A stretch of DNA of 64,000 bases from Phoronis australis (GCA_002633005.1 NMRA01000078.1:505868-569867), one strand, 5' to 3'. Counted from the stretch's first letter, positions 36,961 through 50,593 are shown. The notes: generated by a model from the sequence alone, not told the origin. Program-made: numbers and translations.

Positions 36961-39471
36961 CCCGGGTAAATAGTTTACTCAAGGAAGAGTAAAAAATTTT
37001 TAATGAGGCGTCATTCATTTTGGTGGCGACAGGCCCGATGAAGCCGGAGGGAGTGAAATTCAGTAATCCAAAGGCCGTTGAGCTCTCTGGTTCCCTGCGT
37101 GCCGCTAGACGGGGCGGTAGCCGCGCCAGCACGCAGGTATCACTTAATTTTCCGCGGGAAATTTGTTTACACCGGCGTTTTTGATTGGCTAGTCGAATAT
37201 TCTCAACAGGCAGCAACTCAGTTAGGTCAGTGACACCTTTTGAAGAAAAGTTAACTTAACGCCCTCAGCCACTCCCGGCTGCGTACAGTTTGAACGGTGG
37301 CAAATTCTGTGGAAGATGACACTGTTTGGAAATTAGAGAGTGTTTAACCAATGACTACCATTTATTTGATGTGAAGAAAACGACTCACCAGTGCAGAGAG
37401 AACAAAGACCAGCAGCGGGCGGCGCCCGGCCCCCCGCTGGGCTCCGGCTGGAATGAAATGTTTACATGGGCACGGCAGTATATATTTTTCTGAATGATAG
37501 ACGGATTTTTAATTAATTTCACGATTCAAAGGATTCTACCTAATAAAGACAAAGATTTTAGAATATGGACCACTCATAGTTGCTGTGAAGAATTTAGTTA
37601 TGCATTCATCCAAAATTATACATCTTTATAAATTAATAGGGCCTTTGATGCCGTTTGGTATAATTACATTCCTTAGTATAAATTCAGGATGCAGTGACAA
37701 AAATATGATCAACTAATTACTCCAACTATCTAGCCTAAGATTTTAGATAAGGATTTCTTACAGTTAAAAATGGCCAAATATCATTTGTGGGGCTTTGAAA
37801 TATATTATGGATAGCTTATTACATTGTTTTCAGTGTAGGACACACAGACACCGAGCTACAAACTGATACAAACGTACGGTAGTTTTTCGAAATATACGTA
37901 CTCGCATTTGTTTTTAGGTCCTAAACCTTTCATTTATTATTGCAGAAAAATACACTCAGAAATGAAAGAACAATTATTTACATAAAGTACTACAAGGCAA
38001 CACTCAAAAGTGTCTTTTTGAGAGACTAATCAAGTGGGAGTAAATGAAAATTAGTGTTATTGCCGGGTTTGTTTACTAATTTGCCTGGAGATCACTGCTG
38101 GATGGAACCGTACCTAAAGAGTTTCATTTGATAAACAAAAACAAAATGAAAATCAAGCATGAACTTCCAGGCTTGCTTTGTTAACTACCACATTAGATCA
38201 AAACTCAGTTGAGCAGACAAGCAGAAAATTACTGTGCAAACTCACGCGGTCAGACCCGAGAAATCTCGGGGTTGCAAGCTATTACAATGGAATACATAAT
38301 CACGTGCCGAGCTGACATTCCATGTCTGAAGTTCTGCAATCACACCAAGGGTTTTCATTACTTACGTTCTTGGATCACATAACGTAGAAAATATATCTGA
38401 AACTAAATAAGGCGATCCAGATCCTCGCAAGGATACTATTGTTTCATGAAATGAAGAATACACATACATGTATAAAATACACAAGTACATGTGAAGTCGC
38501 TGTATTACGACATCAGTAACACGAGGTCCGGGCACACTGGTCATATGAACTGTGCAGGTACATGTACACTCGCAGTTTGCTTTAACAGAACCAGATTAGA
38601 GCACTAGTGTCATGTAAACAGAGTCTGCACATGTAAATTCTTACGTAGGATAACAGCCCCATTGAAATTGCAATACAAGTGTAAAACCTTGCTTGTAAAG
38701 GTAAACTGGCACTCGTTTGAAAATACTGCATGTACCCTTGGTTGTATAACACTATTACGTCACCACAGTAATAAGGTTCACACTTTGTCTACAGAAATTC
38801 AAATATTTTTTAGTTACCTTATGATTCACTGAATTGATCGCAAATCAAAACCTATTCGATGTTTTCGATTTCTTCGGTCACCTTGTGGACGATTTTCAGG
38901 ACAGTTTTAGTCTTGTACGTTTTCATTTCAAACGTGCACTGTCATCATCAGTTATTAAAAGGTACCATTATCGTAGCAATGACATGAACACTGACATAAA
39001 TTCTAAGTTCAGATCTCATTTTTGGAAATAAATTTCCATAGTCGTCTTGGCGATTTTTTCTCAAATTTACAGTTATGAGGAGTTACCTGTATTTTCTCAA
39101 GTAGCATTGGGAAAGTTTGTTTTCTCAAATTCCGCGTGGAAGTATTCATCACAGTTAATTTCATTTATTCCAGTTTGAAGTTTCCGATTTCGACTTCGCG
39201 TAATTAGCGCTGCGTGTTTTTTACCAGCCACTCATTTTTAGGGTTTGAAATATCATACCGGAGTGTACTCTATTCTGACAGTCCTATAAATGAATGCGGT
39301 AGTCTAAAGAAGGGCCTGCGTGACAAAAATCGCGATGTTTCTTATGTAGCGCTCTACAGTCTATCAGTCTATATAAATGCTTTGACCTTCCGGTTTATCA
39401 AAGCTGTATCTCGTTTTCACGACGTGTCAATGCATAGTACATAGAACTGAAGAAATTCAAAACGTACCGAT

Positions 39472-40555
39472 ATGTCTTACCTGTCATTGATTTTAAGTAT
39501 TGCATTATGTCTTCCGTACATCTCGGTGACTTTAAACGAGGGACAAAGTCTTGATGACCCCCTGCTGGACATGTTCCGGAAACAGGAGGTTTTGTTGCAG
39601 AAGGTCGAAAAACAGGTGAATGACTCGATCAAGCAGCTGGACAGAAAGATCACTATGGAAGCCAAGAGATTGAAGAGTGCAATTGATGATGTCAACAAAG
39701 AAAAGCTATGTCCTCGTGGGTTCTTTAGCAATGATTTCAGCTGTTACAAATTCATCAATGAGAGATTATCGTACGATAACGCCACTTCACGTTGCCGTGA
39801 ATATGGGAGTCATTTGGTTGAAGTGCAATCAAAGGACAAATATGAAGCATTGATATCCTTGATGGACCAACGTCGTGAGGTGAACGAGTTCTATCACCTC
39901 GGCGGCAGAAAGGTTAACAACGTGTGGATCTGGAGTGAATCAAAGCAACCCTTAACCTTCACAAACTGGCTTGGACCAGGTAACAGCCAATTGCTTCGTC
40001 TGACTACTGTTGATTTTTGATTTGTATTTGAATATTGGTAGAGCCACGAAACTACGCAAAATTTTACTCACAAAATAGTTGCACAGTGCTGGGTACTATC
40101 AAAAATGAAGTCCCTGTACAGTCGTGGCGCCCTGAACTGTGTTCATTCGCTAATACAATTTCTCCCTTGCATTTTATTGGCCGAACATACCTGTTACCAA
40201 CCTCAAAGTTGTTTTTAATCAAATTATCTGTACCAGTAGATCACATGTTGTCAACTGTTGTTTATTGCATCAATTGTGCTGTTGGTAGATATATGAAGAG
40301 TATGCAAGATAAAGTTACCAACAACGACGCACGATTAAAAAGCGTTCTCTTCCACAGCTTCAGTGGTCTCACCAATGATTAGTTCTGTGCTTTGCGTCAT
40401 AACTATAAGTGTACATGTATAAGTGACGTCTTGTGCTTGAAGGTGATGACGTGGACGAATGTGCGCACATGCATTACCATCGAGGTGTTAGTTGGCACAA
40501 GAAGTGGCACAGGAGCTACTGCACAAACAAGTACTACTCTGTGTGTGAGATTTAA
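39472..40555 (+). CDS. Secreted C-type lectin-domain protein, copy 3 (join 39472..39979, 40443..40555; 206 aa)
   Basis: Paralog; G|gtaac donor; acceptor is cttgaAG rather than cttgcAG; TATA box at ~39369. Confidence 0.82.
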
Positions 40556-41989
40556 TTGAAAAGATGCTCAGGTAAATTCAATAACTTTTGTCTTTAATCT
40601 ATTAATATTGTCATTGATTAATTCTTTCCTGTTTAAAGTCTAAGATCAAATTTTACGAAATTTCTAGTTTCAAAAAATGTGTGGCGCTGAAGAGACTGTT
40701 TGATTGTGAACATGAAACAACATGTACACAAAATAAGAAATTTCCGCATCCTGTGATGTCGCAGAATGAACTACTGGATCCGTTACGGCGGGAACGCTCA
40801 TCTTATATTACACGGCTGATAAACAGTTCATTTCCCGTGAGATAACGTTGACAGATCTCGTGTGAAGTCCTGGTATTCTCATGTGAACGCAGTGTGTCAA
40901 ATGCGTCACATAATTTTTTTGTATCGACTTGTGCTCATTTTTAAATACATATTAATGAACAATGGACATGGATATTATTGTACATACTACCATAGACTAC
41001 ATGTCTGTTGTCTATAATCTATGATACTACCAAATGCACACATTCACGCATAATAATACGAACATACACTCAGCCTCTCTCAAAATATTATGTCTTTTTA
41101 AAGTTTTTTTTACAATTTGACAAAAACACTCTTTATTTAAAATGCCCAAGTTTCACTAAAAATGTGTAATCTTTAAAGGAGGTAGCAACATTTTTACTTG
41201 TCATAATGAGTAAATATACATTTCATTTTTTGTTGGTTATCAAAACACAACCAATTCATCCATGCGTCATTTTTGAAGGGTTGGCAAACTCCATTCAACT
41301 CGAACACGTCACATTGAGTCACTAATCGTTTTGGTGTTTTTGTTGTAACGGATATCAAGTCTAATTACGATAAGGGATATTATGAGACCAATCTCATGTA
41401 CATGTATATGAGTTTAAAGGTGACTTAATTCACAACTCCGTTTTGGGGGCTAAATACTGAAGAAATGAAGTTTCAAATTGTGTAACAAACGTTTTCGAAT
41501 AAGCTCGGCCAGTCGGCGGCATATTTTTTAGAAATTCGAGTCCCTTAATGAGAAAATCCGATTTAAAAACTTGATAACTATAATTACAAGCCTTTGCAGT
41601 TTTATGGAGGAATCTGTTACCACAGTATTACAATATTGATCATTCATCATGATGTACATTCACTGTATCTATAATTACGTCCCGGGGAAGGCTGTAGCTG
41701 AAGCTTACATGTATGTGATTCAAAAGCCTTGGGGTAAGATAGTGATTAAAGTTGAAAATTCCTGCGGAAGGACAGCACAAAACAAAAGAATACCTTTTTA
41801 AGAAAAAAAGTATTATCTCAGCTTAACCAGTTTAATTTTGCTTAACTTTAAACATTCAAAACACTTCATGGTTGCCGATATTCTCACCTTAGTTGCTACA
41901 CTCGACTGTGTTGGATTTTGTGATTTTCATTCTCTTTTACTCTGGAAACTGGAGATAACAATCAACTATATTTTAAACCAGAGCAATTA

Positions 41990-44960
41990 CAAAGCTACCG
42001 CTGCATGTTCACTGTTGCGTAAATTAGTAAAGTCTGGGACGTGCGCTAATTTTTGTCGCCGATAATGTCGCCCATAAACAATCGTATCGTTGGTGTGTGC
42101 TGTGTGTTCTAAATCAATGACACCATTAATAAAACATCTTAAGTCCTTCCGACACGTATCATACCGTCATGCTCTTACTAAACCAACTATATGCAGTCAT
42201 AGAACTGCGGATTACTACTTTGCAGTCACGAATGCCTAATGAAAAGACATTGGACGTCTTTTTAATGACAAGCAGAACACATGTCCTTAAATTTAAGGTA
42301 ATTGGATACCTTCTCTACTTGAGTCACACTTCAAAAATACAATTTGCCTTTTTAAATGAAATGATCAAGATTGTGGTTTTTTGACTACTGGGTTTTAGGT
42401 CTGAACAGGCCGTGCCAACTTCTCCAGACACCCGATTGTACCTAACAAAGTATATACAGATAGAACTTTCAAGTTTCTAGAGAAATTTCATATGTATGTT
42501 GCAGAATCAACTTACTCCGCGTCAAACCAGAAAACGTCATTTTAAGAAGGTAACGACAATCACGGTCCTTCATACAGTAAGACATCAATTTCGTGCACTC
42601 ACTGGTTTTCTTTCATCGTTTATTCAAGTTGTATTCTTACAAGATATGTTTAAAGAAATGTGGCTCTTGGTTGCGAAGGTATCCAATATCTTATTAATAC
42701 AACAATATCTGAGTCGCATTCTTTAACAATAGAATATATAAGTCACACGGTGGAGCTCCTTGCTGGTTAATTCCCTATCTAAATTTCTATGAGCACAAAA
42801 TATGAAAAGTGCGCGCTCATCTTAACTAGTAGTGTACGATAGCAATAACACCTGCAGACAGGATAGAGCACAGTCACGTGTTATGTGAACCAGGCGCGTG
42901 CATTTACACTAAACTAACAATGTGTTCTTACAGTAACACCAGATTAGAACACACGCTTCATGTGAATTGAGCTGGCATATGTTAAGTCGCATGCAGGATA
43001 ACCGTAACACGAGATCATAACAAACTGTAAAGTTCTGCAGATACTGGTTAATTTGCACTGTACTGTGCCTTTACTTGTACAAAACGATTATGCCACCGCA
43101 CTACTACGGCTCACATTCAACAAAAATACATTTTTGAGTCGTGATACTCACCCCATGTTTTCGATTGATTCTGTAATCTTGTAGATCATGTTTAGGACGT
43201 TTTTTAATCTTGTACGTTTTTGTTTCAAACATGCACTATTACCGCCGGTTATTGAAATTAGGAATAAAAGGGATTACAAGTCTAATTCCATTCTGACATG
43301 TCACTCTTAATATAATAACAATACTTGCAAAGGAGGATCACTGTTTCCAGATGTCAACATTACAAAAACAATTTCTACGAAATCACAACGTACGTAATAT
43401 TTGTGACATTGAACGATCTAATTAGAAATACACAGACAAACACGTGAAAACACTAAACGACTATATCAAGGGAATTTAGGTTTGGTAACATCAATGAAGA
43501 TGGATACTAAATCTTAGAAAAATATTCAGATATAGTTAAGCTGTTGCGAGTCATAAAGTAAAAGAGAAGCTCGCCGATTGGTAATGACTGGTAAATGGAG
43601 GTGTCATCAATATTTGCACCTTAAAGAAGTATGACTAATGAAGTCTGAGTTCAGTTTCCAATTTGATGAGGAATATTACCTCAGTAGGTTATGCGACATT
43701 TTTGATCTAATTTCAAACTCCTGAAAGTAGCCATTGCCAATTACAGTGACTAATCTCAAGACTTTGAGAGACTGGCGCAACGTCGCTAATTCAAGTGAGT
43801 AAATTCCAATATTTAATTCAAATTTTCTTTGTTTTTCTCACATGTAGCTGTTGACTGCAAGATACAATGTATACGACAGTAAATTGTTAAAGGTCGCACA
43901 TTAAGAATGATCCTTTTCCAGTACTTCGTCCCACCAATGTTTAGATGTGTACTTAGTTTCATCAATTTCTTGTGCTTGCAGGTCATGACGAGGAGGAAGG
44001 TGAGCAGTTTCTGTACAACCCTGTCAGTAGTGTTCACAAGAAGTATACTTACAAGGCATACTCGGCCGTTGGGGCATGGATTTAATTGGAAACATGTGTC
44101 AGACAAAATCAACGTAATGCTTTCAAACTATAATGTCACGGATTAAATATATCCTATTAGAATATCCTTCAACTCGGCTGATACAGGAGAAACGCCTCGT
44201 CAGTTCAAATTTCTTCCTCGTGATTCTGAAATGTTAACCCAGTCAAGAATATCAGGTTTTCTTAGTCATGGTAATTGCTATTATTCGTTGCACAATTTTT
44301 CTTCAATGGCGCGCCTATTGATTTATGATGTAAGCATAAAGTAAGCAATAAAGGAGATCAAACTACTGTGATGATTTTTTAAATCAGTACAGCTTTCAGC
44401 AGGCCTATTGACAAGGTATAATATTGCACCACTCCGCAAATATTTTAAGTCTGGTCTGCACGCCATCTTTTGGCCACATGACTATGAAAAATATCAATGT
44501 CGCTGATGAAAGTGACTTACTTGTTACATCACAATTCTTATCATCGAATTTCATCGCTTGAGATGCTCATACGATACAATATTCTGTCGCAGAAGTAAAC
44601 TTTTGGTTAGAGCACGTGCTGCGTCGGGGAAAGTTGGCCTAACCTAAAATTTGTCGTGATTCAGATTTGATTCAGAGTGATTACCAGGCCTTGTAAAAGT
44701 TCCATTGAAATGATACGAAATGGAAATTCAGCTTGTAGCGTCTTGTCTCATGGAACCACGGAATAACAAACTGTCAGCTAAGTGTACACTGTACATGTAT
44801 GGCTGCAATATTAATGACCTCGTTTATTTTTCGTATTTTCACGAGCTTAGGAAACACAATGTAGCAACTGACACATAATGCAATAGACTGGGGAGACTGT
44901 TTTGATTGTGCAACAGAAATGTCGTGTTCAAAAAAATTTGTCTCTAGACAACACAGGAAT
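41990..44960 (+). repeat. Segmental duplication unit, paralog of ~46860-50045
   Basis: Long colinear similarity, e.g. TTCTCCAGACACCCGATTGTACC at ~42421/47450 and TTTCTACGAAATCACAACGTA at ~43372/48393. Confidence 0.85.
43982..44085 (+). pseudogene. Orphan lectin terminal exon O1 (no promoter or exon 1 in its unit; CTLD Cys and core Trp lost, frame still open)
   Basis: cttgcag acceptor; reads GHDEEEGEQFLYNPVSSVHKKYTYKAYSAVGAWI*; flanks are homologous to the other exon-2 flanks; AATAAA at 44347. Confidence 0.75.
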
Positions 44961-46859
44961 TTTACGTCTTCTCTGTCGTTGGAAAATGAACTAATGTTTT
45001 AGGCTAGTTCATTTCCAATGAGAAAGTTTATATCTTGTTTTATGGCCTAGCAAAATTTGAGTTCTCGTTAGATATCATTAAGAAATTTGGTGGGCCCCAA
45101 AAGAACGACAACGCCATGTTTCAAATATCTCCCTTCATTTTTAATCGAATTGCTTAGTGTGCATATCCGAGCAAAGAACAACCAATGCGTGCGTCCGCCA
45201 TTTTTGAAATCTCAGTTTTAAGCTCTGTAAACTAACATAAACACCAAAGCGTTTCATTGACCCGCTGAGGGTTTCGATTTTTTCAAGTCTCATCACGACA
45301 AGGAATACCTCGGACCGAGTTTAGAATTATTCTAAAACCCCCTCCACCCCTACACCGCACAACCCTTTCGACCTACGATCCCCGCGACCAAAACTACCTA
45401 GACCCCCAATAGATTTGTCTGCGCTTTTTACAAATTTTCATAATCATATTACGTCTCTGAATGACTCCCATAAGACTTACCAACAGTGACGTAAGAACAT
45501 GATCTGAAATACATGTAGGGTACTACCGGTATAGTTGTCACAGAAATTAGTTCTACGAGCGGCTAACACTGGCCCCGTTCTACTAATTTTAGGGAGAAAG
45601 TACGTTAATGTGAATGGCATAGTTTCACATCTTCATTATTTGTTTTCTGTTGTATACTCGTTTACAATATACTTCGAGTAAATTTGAGACACTCTCATAG
45701 TTAGCACTTTGTCTGTTTTTACTGATGAAATAACATATTGGGCGAGTTCTTCGCACTTTCCCCACAAAAGTTCGAATCTGTCATTCACTGAAGAGCAGAC
45801 GAGACGAGATTACGATATTTAATCTTTGTGAACTTGCATTCTAACTCATGTGTCAAAATGATAGGCCATATAAGCTAGAAAGGTGTGTATTTCCAAAAAG
45901 TAAAAAGATCAGAGGTTCTACAAATGTGTCATTATCCCCGAGTTTATGGTCGTCAAAGTTATCTTCAATCTTAATGACCTGCATTCTAACTCATATAGCA
46001 AAGGTGAGCATTTTTCAAAAGAAAATACATTAGAGATGACAATTTGTGTTTTATATTGAAGTGCCATTATTGTTGTGACGTTACCACTTAATGCATTCAA
46101 CATTTTAATGAAGGTACGTTCATTGAAAAATAGCTTCTATGTCGATTTCAATTAAGACATTATTAAATGAAAACTTCCCAGTTTTCCTCAAAACCTCTGT
46201 TGCGAGTTTTCGATTACTCTTTAGTTTTTAATGCCAAGACAACTCGCTAAGGTATTTTTGCAAAAATACCAATCGAATGCGTCTATCTTATAATGCACAA
46301 AAACTTAGGGATGAAAATCCCTTCATCTTTTTTAATTTGACGTATTGTTTGAATTGAAAAGCTGCAGTGAAATTCACACAGCCATTCTTGAGAACGTTTG
46401 TTTTTGATTGCAAATAAAGTTGATTTGCCCAAGCCAGGCACAGCGATAAACTCGTGCTAGTTTAAAAATGCTGCCTGCACTCTTGCTTGTATAACACCAT
46501 TACATGTACGTCACCCCAGTAATAAGGTTCACACACCACAGAAATTCAAATATTATGAGTTACTCTAAATGGCACGTCTCAATCTCGAAGAAATGACTTG
46601 AGCCCATGAGCTTCAACCAATTCATGCACAAAACTAATGAATACGCTTTAATGAACAATGTGTCCTTTGACCTAAAGTCGAATAATTATGTTGAGCTTTG
46701 AACGTTCAAGAACGCTCCGTTGCCGCCGCTTACTTTACATATACGTTAGCAGCTATGTTCAATTCTGTTGTGTTTTGTGTTCTCATTATCTTTCACTCTG
46801 GAGTGAGACGGTAACTATGAACTAGATTTCAACCCATAGCGATTTCAAACCTACTACAG

Positions 46860-49800
46860 CGTATTCGCTTTCGCCTAAGTTAGTAAAGTCCAGGGTATGC
46901 GATATACTTTTTTATCGCCTACAATGTCGCCCATAAACTATCGTATCGTTGTTGTGTATTGTGAGTTCTGAATCAATAACAACAATTGACACCGAGTAAC
47001 TTCGTGTGGCCTTCCAGCATGTATCGTACCGTGTGTGCTTTAATGAAACTAACTATATGCAGTCACAGAACTACGGATTACTACTATGCAGTCATGAAGG
47101 CCTATTGAAAAGAAAGTCAACGTCATAAATATGATAAGCAGAACGGTCTTCATCAAATTTAAGGTAATTGGATACCTTCTCTACTTGAGTCATCACACTT
47201 GTCATACCAGGAAACCCTATATTTTTTCAAATGACACATCTTCAAATTAGTGTCAAGAACATGAAAGTGGTTTTTCCGCACAAAGTCTCCAATTGCTAAT
47301 CTGGTGCTGTCTTGGACAAGTTTGTTTTTCGTAGTCAACGTATACAAGATTTAGTTGCCTCTTTCACTGGAATGACCGAGATTGTAATTTTCGACGACAA
47401 AGTTTTAAGTCTGGCCTGGCCGTGCCTACTTCTCCAGACACCCGATTGTACCTTATAAAATATAGAGATAGAACTTTCAAGTTTCGAGAGAAATTTGATA
47501 TGTACGTTGCAGCCGCAACTTACTCAGCGTCAAACAAGGAAAATGTCAATTTTTAAGAAGAATTACAATCGCGTTCCTACTTACAGTAACAAATCAATTT
47601 AGTGCACTCAGAAGTTTTCTCTTATCATTTATTTGAAAAAAAATATATCAAGGTTTGGAAAGCTGTGTTCTCAAAAGATGTTTAAATAGATGTAGCTCTT
47701 GGTAGCGAAGGTATCCAATATCTTTTAAAATACAACAATATCCGAGTCGCATTCTCTAATAATATAATATACAAGTCACGCGGTGGAGCTCCTTGCTTCG
47801 ATGAGCACAGAGTATGAAAAGTGCGGGCGCATCTTAACTCCTAGCAAACAATATTAATAACACTTGCACACAAGATAGACAGAGTAGTATAACATGCTAA
47901 CGAGGCAGGTACACGTAAACTAACGATATGCTCTAACAGTAACACCAGGTTAGAACACATGTGTCACGTGAACCGAGCTGGCACATGTGAATTCATATGT
48001 AGGATAACCGTAGCGTGAGATTATGGCACAGCTGTAAAATCCTGCAGATACAAGCTAATTTGCAGTCATTTAAATTACTGTGCTTTTACTTGTACAAAAC
48101 GATTATGTCACACTCCGCAAAAATACAAACATGTTTGAGTCATCCACTTAGTTCGACACAAACAACTTGCCCCATGTTTTCGATTGATTCCGTAATCTTG
48201 AAGATCATGCTCAGGACGTTTTTCAATCTTGTACGTTTTTGTTTCAAACGTGCATTATTACCGACGGTTATTGAAATTGGGAATTAAAGGAATTTTAAGT
48301 TTAATTCCCTTCTGACATGTCACTCTTTTATATAATAACAATACTTGCGAAGGAGGATCATTATTCACACTTATCAAAATTACAAAAACAATTTCTACGA
48401 AATCACAACGTAATATTTGGGACATGAACTGATCTAATAAGAAGTACAAAGACAAAGCTCTAAACGGATGTATCAAGGAAATTTAAGTACGCTATTATAA
48501 ATAGCTGGATACTATATCTATTAGAAAAATATTCAGATATAGTTAAATTGTTGCGAGCCATAAAGTAAAAATGAAGCTCGCTGATTGGTAATGACTAGTA
48601 AATGGAGGTGTCATCAGTATTTGAATTTTAAGGAAGTATGGCAAACGAAGTCTTAAGTTCAGTTCCCACTTTGACGAGGCATACTTCCTCAATAGATTAG
48701 GCGATATTTTTTTTTCAAATTTCAAGCTTCTGAAAGTAGCCATTGCAGTGACTAATCTGAAGTCTGTGAGAGACAGACGCAACGTCGATAACTCAAGTAA
48801 GCAAATTCCTGTATTTTGATTCAATTTTTCTGTAGCCGTTGACTGCAAGATACAGTGTATTCAAGAATAAATTATGAAACATTGCACAAGTAGAATGATC
48901 CTTTTCCAGTGGTTCCTCCCACCAATGATTAGATCTGTACTTTGCTTCATCAGTTTCTTGTGACTTGTTGTGCTTGCAGGTAATAACGTGTTGGAATGTG
49001 CGTATTTTGTGTACCATCCTGGCAATAGTGATCACAAGAAATGGAACGGCGAGGACTGCACGTACAAGATGTACCCCGTTTGTGAGATATAACTGGAAAG
49101 ATGTTCAGATCAATTAAACGTAGCCTCATGTCCTAAAATGTAATTCACTGATTACATCTGTACAGCCCTGGAAGTCGTGTTCACAAATGGGACGACGACG
49201 CCTGCACTCACAGGGCATAATCCGTTTGTGACATTTAACAAACAGACAAAAATTAATGTTATGCTTTAAACTATTATGTCCCTGGTTAAGTATATCCTGA
49301 TTAAATATCCTTTAACTCTACTGATACAGGAGAAACGTCGTATCAGGTCAAATATCTTCCTGGTGTTTCTGATATCTTCACCCAGTCAAAAATATCAGGT
49401 GCTCTTAGTAGTAGTAATTATTACAATTTTTTGTGGTGCGGCGATTGATTTATCATATAAGAATAACGAAAGGAATGAATGAGATCAAGCTATCGTGATG
49501 ATATTTAAATCAGTGCAGCTTTCAGTATGGACAAGGCACGATTATAAGCCTGGTCTGCACGCCATCTTATGGCCACGGGACCATGAAAAATATCAATGTC
49601 GCTGATGACTCACGTCTTACATTAGTCTTGTTATCATCGAATTTTATCATTGGAAAATTAATACGATAAACTATTTAACCCACGTTCCGTCACAGAAGGA
49701 AACTTTTGGTTAGAGCACGTGATGCGGGAAGGTTGACCTAATCTAAACATTGTCGTTATTCAGATGAGGAGTGATTACCAGGCATTGCAAATACTGACAG

Positions 49801-50045
49801 GTCGATTGAAATGATACAAAGTGGCAAGTCAGCTTGTAGTGTTTTGTTTCGTGGAACCAAGAAATGACAGACTGCTAAGCTAAATATAGGGTGGCGGTAT
49901 TATTGACATTGTTTAGTATTTTAGTTTAGGGAAAAATATTGTAGAAACTGACACATGAAGCAAGAAACTGGGCAGACTGTTTCGATCACGCAACAGAAAT
50001 GTCGTGTTCAAAAACTTTTGTCTGTAGACAAAATGTGAATTTTCC
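46860..50045 (+). repeat. Segmental duplication unit, paralog of ~41990-44960
   Basis: Colinear with the partner unit and shares its loss of promoter and exon 1. Confidence 0.85.
48980..49238 (+). pseudogene. Orphan lectin terminal exon O2: intact converted exon 48980..49092, followed by the native remnant 49161..49238
   Basis: Reads GNNVLECAYFVYHPGNSDHKKWNGEDCTYKMYPVCEI*, then YSPGSRVHKWDDDACTHRA*SVCDI*. Confidence 0.8.
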
Positions 50046-50057
50046 GGGATTGTTCTG

Positions 50058-50185
50058 AAACCCCCTCGACCCCCAAACCCCTCGACGCCCTCGACTCACG
50101 ACCCCCTCGACCCACAACCCCTCGACCCACAACTCCTCGACCAACGACCCTCAACCCACGACCCACGACCCACAACCTCCTCGAC
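50058..50185 (+). repeat. C-rich simple repeat (CCCCTCGA / ACCCACG units), probably the end of an interspersed element
   Basis: Directly visible; a related degenerate tract lies at ~45335-45410. Confidence 0.7.
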
Positions 50186-50453
50186 GCAGTCAATACACAA
50201 CCTCACCTCGATCTGAACGTAGAAAAAGCGCTGACTTGATTTGAATCGTGAGCACGGTTGGCTATTCCCTGTGTTTGCAATTAAGGCAGTCGACTCGGCA
50301 AGAGTGAAAATTAAAACAGAAAAAACAATACAAAATCTAATCAAAGACCTACCAAAATTACAATTGTCGTTCCCGGCAGAATGTAGTCGTCTCGTAAGTG
50401 AATTGCAGAGTGCGAGGAACCGACAAAATTGTAATTCCCCCAGTAAATATATA

Positions 50454-50593
50454 TAGGTTATCCCACATACATAGGAATACTGCTGCCATATCATATCGAG
50501 AATTCATTTCAGGGACATTCCCAGATAAAATGAATTCTCCATAGGATACATGTATGGCGGGCAGTAGTATTCCTAAGTATGTGGGATAACCTA
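50454..50593. mobile_element. Palindromic MITE (~140 bp)
   Basis: 34-bp TIRs TAGGTTATCCCACATAC(A/T)TAGGAATACT(G/A)CTGCC with 2 mismatches, an inner inverted repeat GAGAATTCATTT, and TA at both ends. Confidence 0.75.

Noticed and set aside
34829-49159. Diversity-generating retroelement (C-type lectin fold target, non-coding near-identical template, nearby RTs)
   Set aside because: The differences between O2 and gene 2 are not restricted to template adenines (TTG versus AAG). The near-identity extends into the 3' UTR. The RTs in the window are decayed LINE types, not DGR RTs. Ordinary gene conversion explains the match.
50008-50494. Gly/Arg-rich ORFs (VVGRG, GSRG repeats)
   Set aside because: These are translations of a C-rich simple repeat with no domain or splice support.
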